Shown in pieces: positions 39,584 through 49,372 of a DNA stretch of 64,000 bases; position 1 is the first letter of the stretch, and the number at the start of each line of letters is the position of its first letter. The translations under genes were made by a program, and so were the position numbers. Source of the stretch: an uncultured virus (IMG/VR IMGVR_UViG_3300023105_001655) (Duplodnaviria > Heunggongvirae > Uroviricota > Caudoviricetes); IMG/VR virus record IMGVR_UViG_3300023105_001655, one strand, 5' to 3'. The notes beneath the pieces are model-generated. The model was not told the DNA's origin and made no database searches. It worked only from the letters and a program-made list of their open reading frames with translations.

Positions 39584-41554
39584 ATGGCTTTCCAGATTTC
39601 ACCTGGCGTCTTAGTCCAAGAAAGAGACCTTACCAACGTTGTTCCAGCAGTCGCAACTACGATTGGTGGAATTGTTGGTAACTTTCAGTGGGGCCCCGTA
39701 CACGAAATTGTACAAATTGATTCAGAAAATAATTTGGTAGAAAGATTTGGTAGGCCTACTACCGAAGTCTACTATGACTTTATGACCGCTGCTAGTTTCT
39801 TGGCTTACGGATCAAATCTTTTAACTGTAAGAGAAGTTGGGACTGCTGCTAGAAATGCTACTGCTGACGCATCAGGCCTTTTGATCACCAACGAAGATAA
39901 TTATCAAGAACAGTTTGCAAATGGTGCTGCCTCTGTCGGTGTTTGGGCTGCAAAATATGCTGGTTCACTTGGCAATAACATTAAAGTGGAGATGGCTGAC
40001 ATTTCCTCAATCACTACTACAAGTATTAAAAGTATTGCAGTAGATAGCAGTCAGGCCAACAACGTTGATATCCTCAGCGTAGAATCAGTAAATATTGCTG
40101 ATGCTCCTGCTGGTGGAATCAATGCCGCTGCAACAGCAACTATCACTGCCGGTGTAGTGAATGCCATCACTGTTACCAATTCTGGTTTCGGTTACATTAC
40201 TGCTCCAACCGTAACTCTTAATTGTAAACAAGACGATGGTCAGGGTGGAGAAACCGATGTAGTTTTGACTGCTACCGCTTCTCTTCCTACATCGGAGTGG
40301 GTATACAGAGACGAGTTTGATTCAATCCCCACATCTACAACTTGGGCTGAGAAAAACGGTTCTTCATACGATGAAATGCACATAATTGTCATCGATGAAG
40401 ATGGTGGCATCAGTGGTAGTGCTGGTACTATCCTTGAGAAGTTTGCAGGCGTTTCTAAAGCAAGAGATGCTAAAGACGATCTCAACCAGACCAATTACTA
40501 CAAGAACGTAATCAATGATCGTTCTAAGTATATTTGGTGGATGGATCATCCTACTGTTGGTTCAAACTGGGGCGAAAGTACTGCTGGTGCTTCTGGCGGA
40601 ATCGTCTTTGACACTTTGGTGATAGGTGACACAGACCAGTCTCTTTCTTTGAGTGGTGGTGTTGATGACGATCCGGCAACTGGAGATATTCAAGATGGAT
40701 ACCTCCTGTTCGCCAATGATGAATTGGTTGATGTTGCTCTTGTCTTGACTTCAGCACATCCAACAACTGTTGGTGATTTTGTTCTTGATAATATCGCTGA
40801 AGTTCGTAAAGACTGTCTTGCATTTATCTCGCCGCAGAGATCAAGTGTTGTTAATAACGAGGGTGACGAACTTACAGACATTACTGGTCAGGCCGACTTT
40901 GGTGCTTATACTAGATCATCTTATGGTGTTTTCGATAGTGGTTGGAAATATCAGTATGACAAGTACAATGACCGATATGTATATGTTCCCCTTAATGGTG
41001 ACGTTGCTGGTTGTTGTGTTGTTACTGATCAGGGGAATGATCCTTGGTTCTCTCCTGCTGGTTTGAATCGTGGCATCATTAAAAATGCAATTAAACTTGC
41101 ATGGTCTCCGAGAAAAGCTGCTAGAGACACACTGTACTCTAGAGGAATTAACCCCGTAATGAACACACCAGAAGCTGGTATCGTTCTTTTCGGTGACAAG
41201 ACTATGTTGGGTAAACCTTCTGCCTTCAATAGAATCAACGTTCGCAGATTGTTTATTGTTCTTGAGAAAGCAATTGCAACTGCTGCTAAATTCCAGTTGT
41301 TTGAATTCAACGATGCATTCACAAGAGCGCAGTTTGTTGCACTGGTAGAACCGTTCTTGAGAGACGTACAGGGTCGCAGAGGTATCTACGACTTCCGTGT
41401 AGTTTGTGACGAGACAAATAACACTCCACAGGTTGTTGACTCTAATGAATTTAGAGCTGACATTTACGTTAAACCTGCTAAGTCTATTAACTTCATCACG
41501 CTGACGTTTATTGCTACTAGAACTGGCATCTCGTTTGAAGAACTTGGCGCTTAA
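39584..41554 (+). CDS. gp18: Tail sheath protein gp18
   Basis: SPGV.V.E.DLT; PWFSPAG.NRG; FGDKT....SAF.RINVRRLF; KP.KSINFI.L.F.ATRTG. Confidence 0.97.
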   Translation: MAFQISPGVLVQERDLTNVVPAVATTIGGIVGNFQWGPVHEIVQIDSENNLVERFGRPTTEVYYDFMTAASFLAYGSNLLTVREVGTAARNATADASGLLITNEDNYQEQFANGAASVGVWAAKYAGSLGNNIKVEMADISSITTTSIKSIAVDSSQANNVDILSVESVNIADAPAGGINAAATATITAGVVNAITVTNSGFGYITAPTVTLNCKQDDGQGGETDVVLTATASLPTSEWVYRDEFDSIPTSTTWAEKNGSSYDEMHIIVIDEDGGISGSAGTILEKFAGVSKARDAKDDLNQTNYYKNVINDRSKYIWWMDHPTVGSNWGESTAGASGGIVFDTLVIGDTDQSLSLSGGVDDDPATGDIQDGYLLFANDELVDVALVLTSAHPTTVGDFVLDNIAEVRKDCLAFISPQRSSVVNNEGDELTDITGQADFGAYTRSSYGVFDSGWKYQYDKYNDRYVYVPLNGDVAGCCVVTDQGNDPWFSPAGLNRGIIKNAIKLAWSPRKAARDTLYSRGINPVMNTPEAGIVLFGDKTMLGKPSAFNRINVRRLFIVLEKAIATAAKFQLFEFNDAFTRAQFVALVEPFLRDVQGRRGIYDFRVVCDETNNTPQVVDSNEFRADIYVKPAKSINFITLTFIATRTGISFEELGA

Positions 41555-41593
41555 TAGTAAGAATAAATAACAGAAAGTTAGGAGAAAAGTTAG

Positions 41594-42109
41594 ATGAATA
41601 TTGAAGAGTTTAAGTCAAGACTTGGCGCCGGAGGTGCAAGACCTAACCAGTTTAGAGTGAAACTTGGTTTTCCCTCTTATGTGGCTGGTGTTGATCCCTC
41701 TTATAGTCTGCTTGTAACGGGCGCTGCGTTACCAGCATCCAACGTAAACCCCGCTATCATTCAGTATAGGGGTCGTGAGGTTAAGTTGGCTGGTGAACGT
41801 ATCTTTGATCCGTGGACAATTACGGTTGTAAACGATTCTGAGTTCAGTCTTAGAACACCATTTGAACAATGGATGGACGGAATGAATAATCGTGAAGACA
41901 ACACTGGTGTTCTTACACCTCGTGATTACCAAACGGATGTTATTGTTGAACATCTAGATCGAAATGACGCTGTATTGCCTGGTGGTGTTTACACCCTTCG
42001 CAATGCGTTTCCGATTCAGATGTCAGAAATCGCATTGAACTATGCACAAAATGATATTTTTGAAGAGTTTACGGTGACTTTCCAGTATACATCCTACGAT
42101 GTAGCTTAA
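41594..42109 (+). CDS. gp19: Tail tube protein gp19
   Basis: GGARPNQF.V; A.LP.S; YRGR..KLAGER.FDPW.ITV.ND; EEFTVTFQY; AATAAATA at 41562-41569 is a possible late promoter. Confidence 0.96.
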   Translation: MNIEEFKSRLGAGGARPNQFRVKLGFPSYVAGVDPSYSLLVTGAALPASNVNPAIIQYRGREVKLAGERIFDPWTITVVNDSEFSLRTPFEQWMDGMNNREDNTGVLTPRDYQTDVIVEHLDRNDAVLPGGVYTLRNAFPIQMSEIALNYAQNDIFEEFTVTFQYTSYDVA

Positions 42110-42135
42110 TATAGTCTCAGTAACTAGGGTAAATT

Positions 42136-43644
42136 ATGGAATTGTTTGGATACACAATCGAGCGATCCAAACCATCTAAGGGAGAGAAGTCTTTCGTAGC
42201 TCCCCATGATGACGGATCGCTTGAGGCTATTAAGGCTGGTGGATATTACGGCACATACTTTGATATTGAAGGTACTGCCAATAATGAAAGTCAGCTAATT
42301 AAAAGATATAGAGATATCTCCATGATGGGAGATGTTGACGCAGCTATTGAAGATGTGGTCAACGATGCTATATCAAACTTTGATGATGAAAAACCAGTAC
42401 AGATCGATCTGGATAATGTTTCTCAACCGTCCACTGTCAAGAAGGCTATTGCGGAAGAGTTTAACAATATCATGACTATCTTGGATTTTAATACTAAAGC
42501 TCAAGATTATTTCAGACGATGGTACATTGATGGTAGAATTTATTTCCACAAAGTAGTGGATGGTACTAAACCCAAAGATGGGATTAAAGACATTCGATAC
42601 GTTGACCCAAGGAAAATCCGAAAGGTCAGGGAAATTAAAAAGGAAAAAGATGCAAAGACTCAGGTAACTTTGGTAAAAGAAGTCAACGAGTATTTTGTTT
42701 ATGATGAAAAAGGTATTGCTCTGAATAGCAACCAGATGTATAAAACAGATGTTGCTAACGACAAAGCAATCAAGGTTAGTAAAGATGCGGTGTGTTATTG
42801 CACATCTGGTCTAGTAGATCAGGACAGAAATATACCTCTGTCCTTTTTGCACAAGGCAATTCGTCCTGCTAACCAACTTAGGATGATGGAGAATGCTGTA
42901 GTGATTTATCGTATCACACGTTCTCCAGAAAGAAGAATTTTTTATATAGATGTTGGCAACCTGCCTACTAATAAGGCGGAACAGTATCTAAAAGATGTTA
43001 TGAATAGGTATCGTAATAAGTTGGTTTACGATTCCGAGACTGGAGAAATTAGAGACGACAAGAAGTTCATGTCAATGCTTGAAGATTTCTGGTTACCACG
43101 AAAAGAAGGTGGCAGAGGTACGGAGATTCAAACATTGCCTGGTGGACAAAACTTGGGTGAGATTGAAGACGTAAACTACTTCCAGAAGAAGTTGTATCAA
43201 TCTCTTAACGTTCCTATCTCTAGACTAGAACAACAAACTGGATTAAACTTTGGTCGATCTGCTGAGATTACTAGAGATGAATTAAAGTTTACAAAGTTTA
43301 TTTCTAAGTTAAGAAGAAGATTTTCTGGTGTGTTTGATGATCTATTAAAGACTCAGTTGATACTCAAAGGAGTCATAAATGAATCAGAATGGCCAGAATT
43401 GCGAGAAAGTATTCAGTATAAGTTTGCGTCAGATGCTTACTATACAGAGTCAAAAGAACAAGAGGTTTTGAGAAGTAGAATAGAAATTTTGAATAACGTT
43501 GCACCTTTCGTTGGACAGTTGTTCAGTAAAGAGTATGTTCAGAAAAACATCTTGAGATTTACCGATGAAGAAATTGCTTTGATGGACAAACAGATTGGAG
43601 CAAGTCAACCAGAAGATAATGTGATTGGAGATTCAAATGAGTGA
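42136..43644 (+). CDS. gp20: Portal protein gp20
   Basis: LI..YR; FRRWYIDGR; YR..R.PERRIFYIDVGNLP..KAEQY; EDFWLPR.EGGRGTEI.TLPGG. Confidence 0.97.
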   Translation: MELFGYTIERSKPSKGEKSFVAPHDDGSLEAIKAGGYYGTYFDIEGTANNESQLIKRYRDISMMGDVDAAIEDVVNDAISNFDDEKPVQIDLDNVSQPSTVKKAIAEEFNNIMTILDFNTKAQDYFRRWYIDGRIYFHKVVDGTKPKDGIKDIRYVDPRKIRKVREIKKEKDAKTQVTLVKEVNEYFVYDEKGIALNSNQMYKTDVANDKAIKVSKDAVCYCTSGLVDQDRNIPLSFLHKAIRPANQLRMMENAVVIYRITRSPERRIFYIDVGNLPTNKAEQYLKDVMNRYRNKLVYDSETGEIRDDKKFMSMLEDFWLPRKEGGRGTEIQTLPGGQNLGEIEDVNYFQKKLYQSLNVPISRLEQQTGLNFGRSAEITRDELKFTKFISKLRRRFSGVFDDLLKTQLILKGVINESEWPELRESIQYKFASDAYYTESKEQEVLRSRIEILNNVAPFVGQLFSKEYVQKNILRFTDEEIALMDKQIGASQPEDNVIGDSNE

Positions 43645-43906
43645 AGCAGAAACAGTAGAGTTGGAAGTACAGGACGAGGTTAGTCCTCAAGATTCTATCA
43701 GACAGATGATGGATAAATGGGCTGATGGTGACCTCGCTGGTGCTAATGATGATTTTTTTGCAATGATGAACAAACGTGCTGATGACATGCTTGCGGTAAG
43801 AAAATCCGAAATTGCTCCTGCTATTTTTAATGATCCAGAAATGCAGAAGATGGGTTTGGAAGCAACCCCAGAAGAATCAGAGGAAGAGTCAGATGAAGAC
43901 GTTTAG
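43637..43906 (+). CDS. Prohead core protein (gp67-like)
   Basis: Small acidic ORF overlapping the gp20 end; GGAG SD before ATG 43637. Confidence 0.6.
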   Translation: MSEAETVELEVQDEVSPQDSIRQMMDKWADGDLAGANDDFFAMMNKRADDMLAVRKSEIAPAIFNDPEMQKMGLEATPEESEEESDEDV

Positions 43907-44237
43907 AGATTTCCGTGAAGAAGCTAAACCCGTAGAGAAGGTTTCAAAAGAAGAACCTATTGCAAACCATCCTGCTGAAGATGGCATCGAAGGGGATAAG
44001 ACTCCACCCAAACAGGGTGGTTCCGAAGAACCTAAACTGACTCACATGTGTGCTACAAAGGTGGTACATCCCAAGTTTGGTGAAGGAAAACCAATTATGG
44101 GTGAACATGCGGAACCAGATGCTAACGGAAACGTTTGGTGGTACAAAGTCATGTTTGAACATGGTATTGAGCACTGCGAAACATATGCTCTTGAGGTGAT
44201 TGAAGAATCATCTCACGGTAACCACAAGAAAAAGTAA
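43893..44237 (+). CDS. Hypothetical prohead core/internal protein (gp68 position)
   Basis: MKTFRDFREE start resembles the capsid-targeting N-terminus of T4-like internal proteins; lies between gp20 and gp21. Confidence 0.55.
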   Translation: MKTFRDFREEAKPVEKVSKEEPIANHPAEDGIEGDKTPPKQGGSEEPKLTHMCATKVVHPKFGEGKPIMGEHAEPDANGNVWWYKVMFEHGIEHCETYALEVIEESSHGNHKKK

Positions 44238-44249
44238 CGGAGACGATAG

Positions 44250-44636
44250 ATGGCATTCGCTAAATCCAATTTAAAACTGACCCAAGTACAGGCCGTTGTT
44301 CGTTGTTCTGGTACTGGTGGGGATAGTGGTTCTATTGATCTTGACGTAGATATTAAAAAATCCACCGAGACCGCCACTTCTCCAGAAGTTAATATCACAA
44401 GAGTACATTGGAACTGTGACAAAAACGCCTCAGTAACTATCTCTCGTAACAGTGTTGATATCATGCATGTCCACGGCACTGGTTTCACCGATTGGTATGG
44501 TTGGGTAGAGAACACAGAAAATGATCAAGACATTGACGTAGCAATTTCAAACGGTGATGCAGTTCTTTGGTTGGAGTTGTCAAAGGTTTCTGGTTTTGGC
44601 CCGCAGCAACATCAAGATCAAGGAGACCTAGGCTAA
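44250..44636 (+). CDS. Conserved hypothetical head-cluster protein
   Basis: 128-aa beta-rich ORF with GGAG SD, coupled to gp21 by TAATG. Confidence 0.7.
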   Translation: MAFAKSNLKLTQVQAVVRCSGTGGDSGSIDLDVDIKKSTETATSPEVNITRVHWNCDKNASVTISRNSVDIMHVHGTGFTDWYGWVENTENDQDIDVAISNGDAVLWLELSKVSGFGPQQHQDQGDLG

Positions 44637-45289
44637 TGAAACTAATTACGGAAGTTACTGAAGATATTCAATATATCTCAGAAGAAAAAAATGGTAAGAG
44701 AAACCTTTACATTGAAGGTGTTTTCTTGCAATCTAATATCACCAATCGCAATAATCGTTCTTATCCCAAGGAGATTATGCGTAAAGAAGTAGATAGATAC
44801 CGAACCGAACAGATCGACAAGAAGAGAGCGATGGGTGAACTGGGTCATCCAGAAGGCCCGACTCTGAATCTAGATCGTGTATCTCATATGATTACTTCTT
44901 TGAAAGAAGATGGCGATAACTGGATTGGCAAGGCAAAAATCCTAGACACTCCTATGGGGAATATCGTTAAGAATTTAATGGATGAAGGCGCACAACTCGG
45001 AGTGAGTTCAAGAGGTCTTGGTTCACTTAAAGAGAAGAACGGCATCAACGAAGTACAAGATGATTTTGTTCTTTCGACTGCTGCTGATATCGTGGCAGAC
45101 CCTTCTGCTCCAGATGCCTTTGTTAGAGGTATTATGGAGAACAAAGAATGGATGATGATAAACGGTGTATGGACTGAAAGAGAAATGGACATTGCACAAT
45201 CTGTTATTAAAAAGTCTAGTTCTCGTGAACTGGAGGAACAGAAACTTGCAGTGTTTAGTTCATTCCTAGATCGTCTATCTAAAATATAA
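44636..45289 (+). CDS. gp21: Prohead protease gp21
   Basis: MKLITE start; YIEGVFLQ...NRN.R.YP; GELGHP; GVSSRGLGS; ADIVADPSAPDAFV.GIME. Confidence 0.96.
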   Translation: MKLITEVTEDIQYISEEKNGKRNLYIEGVFLQSNITNRNNRSYPKEIMRKEVDRYRTEQIDKKRAMGELGHPEGPTLNLDRVSHMITSLKEDGDNWIGKAKILDTPMGNIVKNLMDEGAQLGVSSRGLGSLKEKNGINEVQDDFVLSTAADIVADPSAPDAFVRGIMENKEWMMINGVWTEREMDIAQSVIKKSSSRELEEQKLAVFSSFLDRLSKI

Positions 45290-45294
45290 TTTTG

Positions 45295-45302
45295 TATAAA
45301 TA
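45295..45302 (+). promoter_or_regulatory. Late promoter TATAAATA (gp22)
   Basis: Exact consensus, intergenic. Confidence 0.85.
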
Positions 45303-45337
45303 ATTATCAGTAACGCAAAATCTCAAAGGAGAAAATC

Positions 45338-46558
45338 ATGAGCGTAGAAAGTAAAATCAGAGACTTTCTCAAGAAAGGCAAAGAGATTGAAGAAGCTCTT
45401 GACCTTGCTGAAGAAGTCAATGAACTGGAAGAGAAGGCTGCGGCGGAAAATCTGAAGCCCAATGCAACGCCTGGTGATTCCAAGAATCCTACACAAGGCA
45501 GTTCTAACCCTTCACCAGAAATGCAAGACCTTTCTGGTACAGGTGACAAGCATGGTGGTTTGACATCTTCTGTAGGTAAGGCTGCTGCTGACAAGATGAG
45601 TCAGTCTGGTGAGCTTACAAACCAAGGTGCAGGCGATGCCCCCAACTTTGAAGATGAAGAAGACCCCCGCAAAGTAGTTGCACAGGCTTCATCTAAGGGC
45701 AACGTTGCAAGAGAAGAAGTAGAAGAGTCTGAGGAAGACGAAGTAATTTCAGAAGAAGAAGTTGATTCTGAAGAGGAAGAAACAGAAGTTGTTGCAGAAG
45801 AAGAGGAAATCGAAGAAGAAGAAGACGATTCCGAAAATCTTTTTGAAGGCGACATCATGAATCTGTTTGCTGACGAAGAACATCTTTCAGAAGACTTCAA
45901 GGTTAAGGCTGCTGATCTTTTCGAGACAGTTGTTACTGCTCGCCTTGCCAATGAGATCGAATCAATTCAGGCAGAACTTGCTGAAGAATTTGCTGCCGAG
46001 AAAGAACAGTTCAAAGAAGAAATGGTTGAGAAAATTGATTCTTACCTCAACTATGTTGCTGAGAACTGGATGAAAGAGAACGAGCTCGCCATTGAGCGTG
46101 GTCTCCGCACAGAAATTACAGAAGACTTTATCAAGTCTCTGAAAACTGTTTTCACCGAACACTACATTGAAGTGCCCGAAGAAAAGTACGATGTACTTGG
46201 TGAAATGGAAAGCGAAATCGAAGAACTAAAGTCAAAACTCAACGAGAGTATCGAGCGTGAAGTTGCCCTTTCTTCTGAGAAAGAGACAATGATGCGTGAG
46301 AAAATCATCGCTGAGGCCTCAGAAGATTTGACAATGACAGAATCAGAAAAACTGTCTTCACTTCTTGTTGATGTAGACTTCGGTAGTTCAGAGTTGTTCG
46401 CTGAAAAGGTTTCCGTTGTTAAGGAAAACTATTTCCCCAAACAAAGTGTTGAAACTGAAGATGAAAAGTTGACTGATACAGTTGACTCTAGTTTCCTTGA
46501 GGAAAGTTCATCTATCAATAAGTATGCTCAGGCTATTTCAAAACAAATCAAAAAGTAA
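45338..46558 (+). CDS. gp22: Prohead scaffold protein gp22
   Basis: Very acidic; LSEDFK.KA..LFE; D.YLNYV.E.WM.EN..AIE.GLR.EI.E.F; K.....ENYF. Confidence 0.93.
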   Translation: MSVESKIRDFLKKGKEIEEALDLAEEVNELEEKAAAENLKPNATPGDSKNPTQGSSNPSPEMQDLSGTGDKHGGLTSSVGKAAADKMSQSGELTNQGAGDAPNFEDEEDPRKVVAQASSKGNVAREEVEESEEDEVISEEEVDSEEEETEVVAEEEEIEEEEDDSENLFEGDIMNLFADEEHLSEDFKVKAADLFETVVTARLANEIESIQAELAEEFAAEKEQFKEEMVEKIDSYLNYVAENWMKENELAIERGLRTEITEDFIKSLKTVFTEHYIEVPEEKYDVLGEMESEIEELKSKLNESIEREVALSSEKETMMREKIIAEASEDLTMTESEKLSSLLVDVDFGSSELFAEKVSVVKENYFPKQSVETEDEKLTDTVDSSFLEESSSINKYAQAISKQIKK

Positions 46559-46564
46559 AACTTT

Positions 46565-46572
46565 TATAAATA
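46565..46572 (+). promoter_or_regulatory. Late promoter TATAAATA (gp23)
   Basis: Exact consensus, intergenic, upstream of an AAGGAG SD. Confidence 0.88.
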
Positions 46573-46612
46573 AACTTAGGTAAAAACAAAAACCAAAATC
46601 AAGGAGACTACA

Positions 46613-47887
46613 ATGTATCTTTCCGAAGAAATCCAAAAAAAGTGGAGTCCTGTTCTGGATCATCCCGATCTGCAAGAGATTACTGACCCTTATCGTAAGG
46701 CAGTAACTTCTGTAATTCTGGAGAACCAAGAAAAGGCTCTCCGTGAAGAGAAAGCCGTTTTCTCTGAAGCGGTACACGCTAACAACATGTCTGGTGAGAT
46801 CGATACCTACGATCCGATCCTGATCTCTCTCGTTCGCCGTGCGTTGCCTAACCTGATGGCATATGACGTTGCTGGTGTTCAACCTATGACTGGCCCTACT
46901 GGTCTGATCTTTGCGATGAAGTCGCATTATGATTCACAGACTGGTGATGAAGCTCTGTTCAACGAAGCTGACACAGACTTCTCTGGTACTGGTACTCACG
47001 CTGGTTCTAACCCCGTTGATGGTGCTTACACCACGGGTACTGGTGTAACTCGTGACGCCGCTGAAGTATTCGGTGATTCGGGTGGTACTACACTGAACCA
47101 GATGGCATTCTCAATCGAGAAGACCACTGTAACTGCTAAGTCTCGTGCTCTGAAGGCAGAATACACTGTCGAATTGGCGCAAGACCTCAAGGCAGTTCAC
47201 GGTCTGGACGCTGAGTCAGAGTTGTCAAACATTCTGTCTCAGGAAATCCTTGCTGAAATCAACCGTGAAGTGATCCGTACAATCTACAAAGTCGCTAAGA
47301 CTGGTGCTGCTTCTACTGCAACGCCTGGTACTTTCGACCTTGACGTAGATTCAAATGGTCGCTGGTCTGTTGAAAGATTCAAGGGTCTTCTCTTCAACAT
47401 CGAAAGAGATGCTAACGTAATTGCACAAGACACTCGTAGAGGGAAGGGTAACTTCATCATCTGTTCTTCAGATGTTGCTTCTGCCCTGTCTATGGCTGGT
47501 GTACTTGATTACAACCCTGCGTTGAACACGAACCTGAATGTTGACGACACTGGTAACACTTTTGCTGGTGTACTAAATGGTCGTTATAAGGTATACATTG
47601 ATCCTTACTCTGCAAACACTGGTGCTTCTGCTCAGTTCTACGTTGCGGGTTACAAGGGTACTTCACCTTATGACGCCGGTCTGTTCTACTGCCCCTATGT
47701 ACCTCTCCAGATGGTACGGGCAATCGATCCTAACACCTTCCAGCCCAAGATTGGCTTCAAGACTCGTTACGGTATGATTGCTAACCCTTACGTCACTACT
47801 ACTGATGGTGGTGCTACTGACGCAGATACTTTCACTGCTGATCGTAACCAGTACTACCGTTCAGTCAAGGTTACTAACCTGATGTAA
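46613..47887 (+). CDS. gp23: Major capsid protein gp23
   Basis: KW.P.L; DP.LISLVRR..PNL.AYD..GVQPMTGPTGLIFAM; ELAQDLKAVHGLDAE.EL; YCPYVPL; FQPKIGFKTRYG. Confidence 0.98.
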   Translation: MYLSEEIQKKWSPVLDHPDLQEITDPYRKAVTSVILENQEKALREEKAVFSEAVHANNMSGEIDTYDPILISLVRRALPNLMAYDVAGVQPMTGPTGLIFAMKSHYDSQTGDEALFNEADTDFSGTGTHAGSNPVDGAYTTGTGVTRDAAEVFGDSGGTTLNQMAFSIEKTTVTAKSRALKAEYTVELAQDLKAVHGLDAESELSNILSQEILAEINREVIRTIYKVAKTGAASTATPGTFDLDVDSNGRWSVERFKGLLFNIERDANVIAQDTRRGKGNFIICSSDVASALSMAGVLDYNPALNTNLNVDDTGNTFAGVLNGRYKVYIDPYSANTGASAQFYVAGYKGTSPYDAGLFYCPYVPLQMVRAIDPNTFQPKIGFKTRYGMIANPYVTTTDGGATDADTFTADRNQYYRSVKVTNLM

Positions 47888-47916
47888 TAAAAAGAATCCC
47901 CATAAGGGATCGTTTT

Positions 47917-47943
47917 AAGGGACTCTTCGGAGTCCCTTTTTTT
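47917..47943 (+). terminator. Rho-independent terminator with a cUUCGg tetraloop
   Basis: AAGGGACTC-TTCG-GAGTCCCTT plus T-tract; preceded by a small hairpin ATCCC-CATAA-GGGAT (47896-47910). Confidence 0.93.
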
Positions 47944-47958
47944 ATGGCTCACAATCAT

Positions 47959-47966
47959 TATAAATA
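47959..47966 (+). promoter_or_regulatory. Late promoter TATAAATA
   Basis: Exact consensus after the terminator, 5 nt before ATG. Confidence 0.85.
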
Positions 47967-47971
47967 GTGGC

Positions 47972-48325
47972 ATGAAAAAATTAATACTGCCAGTGTTGTT
48001 ACTCTTCCTTGCATCGTGTGACCAATCACCGAAAAAGGGTGCAGACGATTATTATTTTGAGGAAAAGGAGTATGAAAAGACTTCTTTGGGTGTCACGATT
48101 GTGGTGCTAGAAAGTGAAAAAGCCATGGAAAAGGAAGCTTCTAAGCACATGGACAAAGAGACTGCGAAGAAGGTTGCAGCATTTGGAAAAGTGTCACCAG
48201 CTACAAACAACTGCACCATTTATATCATTGACCCAGCGGTGTCCTATCAACCAGAATTTATAGGTCATGAGTTGGTTCACTGTATGTATGGAAGATGGCA
48301 TCCTAAACAGAATAGAGGTCTTTAA
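47972..48325 (+). CDS. Putative lipoprotein with HExxH zincin motif
   Basis: MKK + hydrophobic stretch + LASC lipobox; GHELVHC..G..H. Confidence 0.65.
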   Translation: MKKLILPVLLLFLASCDQSPKKGADDYYFEEKEYEKTSLGVTIVVLESEKAMEKEASKHMDKETAKKVAAFGKVSPATNNCTIYIIDPAVSYQPEFIGHELVHCMYGRWHPKQNRGL

Positions 48326-48912
48326 TGGCTTACACTCCAACCATTTCGGTAAATAACGGCACATATACTTCTCAGTCTGGTTCAGAATTAGACTATTTGC
48401 GGCCGAATGGATTTAAATTCCAAGTGCATAACATCCCGCATGTTGCATTCTTTTGTCAGGGAGCAAACATTCCAGATGTAAATATGGGGTTTCCAGTACA
48501 GAATACCCCATTATCTGATATTCCATATCCAGGCGACAAAATTACCTTTGGTGATTTAAACATTCGTTTTTTGATTCAAGAGGATATGACAAATTATAAA
48601 GAGTTGTATAACTGGATGATTGGTCTTGGATTCCCAGAAAAACACAGACAGTTCACCGACTATGTTAATACTCAAAAATGGAGAACGCAGAGTGCTAGGA
48701 AAGATAAACAAGAAGCAATTGCCCAAGTAAGTGATGCTAGTTTATTTGTCTTAGATTCAAATGACAATCCTAACATAGAGATTGTCTTCAGAGATGCGTT
48801 TCCAGTTGCTTTGTCTGGACTGGACTTTGATCAGTCAGCAGGAGACTCCCCTTACTTTGTTGGATTAGCTTCCTTTAAATATCGAATATATAATATTAAA
48901 TCTGTTGGTTAA
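48325..48912 (+). CDS. gp3: Tail tube terminator/completion protein gp3
   Basis: L.P.GFKF....P.V.FFCQ.ANIP; PGDK..F..L..RFL..ED..NY.E..NW; SDA.L..L.S; F.DAFP..LSG..F. Confidence 0.9.
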   Translation: MAYTPTISVNNGTYTSQSGSELDYLRPNGFKFQVHNIPHVAFFCQGANIPDVNMGFPVQNTPLSDIPYPGDKITFGDLNIRFLIQEDMTNYKELYNWMIGLGFPEKHRQFTDYVNTQKWRTQSARKDKQEAIAQVSDASLFVLDSNDNPNIEIVFRDAFPVALSGLDFDQSAGDSPYFVGLASFKYRIYNIKSVG

Positions 48913-48928
48913 ATTTGGTTAATTTATT

Positions 48929-49372
48929 ATGGCTACACTTATTGAACTTCAGTCTATGTGGGCTGAAGATTGCAAACTTGATGAATTAGATTTGGGTGGG
49001 GAGTCAACTAGGACTCCCATACTGCACTCAAAGTATGTAACGATTCTAGCAAACACAAAACTCCAACTCCGAAAGGCAGTCGCTGACTTAAAAAGACTTG
49101 AAAGAGTAAAGTCAGATTACTATCGTGGAGAACTTTCCAAAGAAGAACTTGATTCTCTGGGGTGGGAACCTTGGAGAAAAAATGCCATTCTTAGGTCTGA
49201 TATGCGAGATCAACTAGACAGTGATTCAGATGTTATCAAACAACAAGATAAAGTTTACTACCTAGAGACTACTGTTGATTTTCTAGACAGAGTACTTCGC
49301 AGTTTGAATGGCAGAGGTTGGGATATCAAGACTGCTGTTGAATGGACGAAAATGCAATCTGGGCTCATATGA
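48929..49372 (+). CDS. uvsY: Recombination mediator UvsY
   Basis: W..D..LD...L..ES...P.LHSKY; YY.G; R.W.IK.A.EW.K...G. Confidence 0.9.
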   Translation: MATLIELQSMWAEDCKLDELDLGGESTRTPILHSKYVTILANTKLQLRKAVADLKRLERVKSDYYRGELSKEELDSLGWEPWRKNAILRSDMRDQLDSDSDVIKQQDKVYYLETTVDFLDRVLRSLNGRGWDIKTAVEWTKMQSGLI

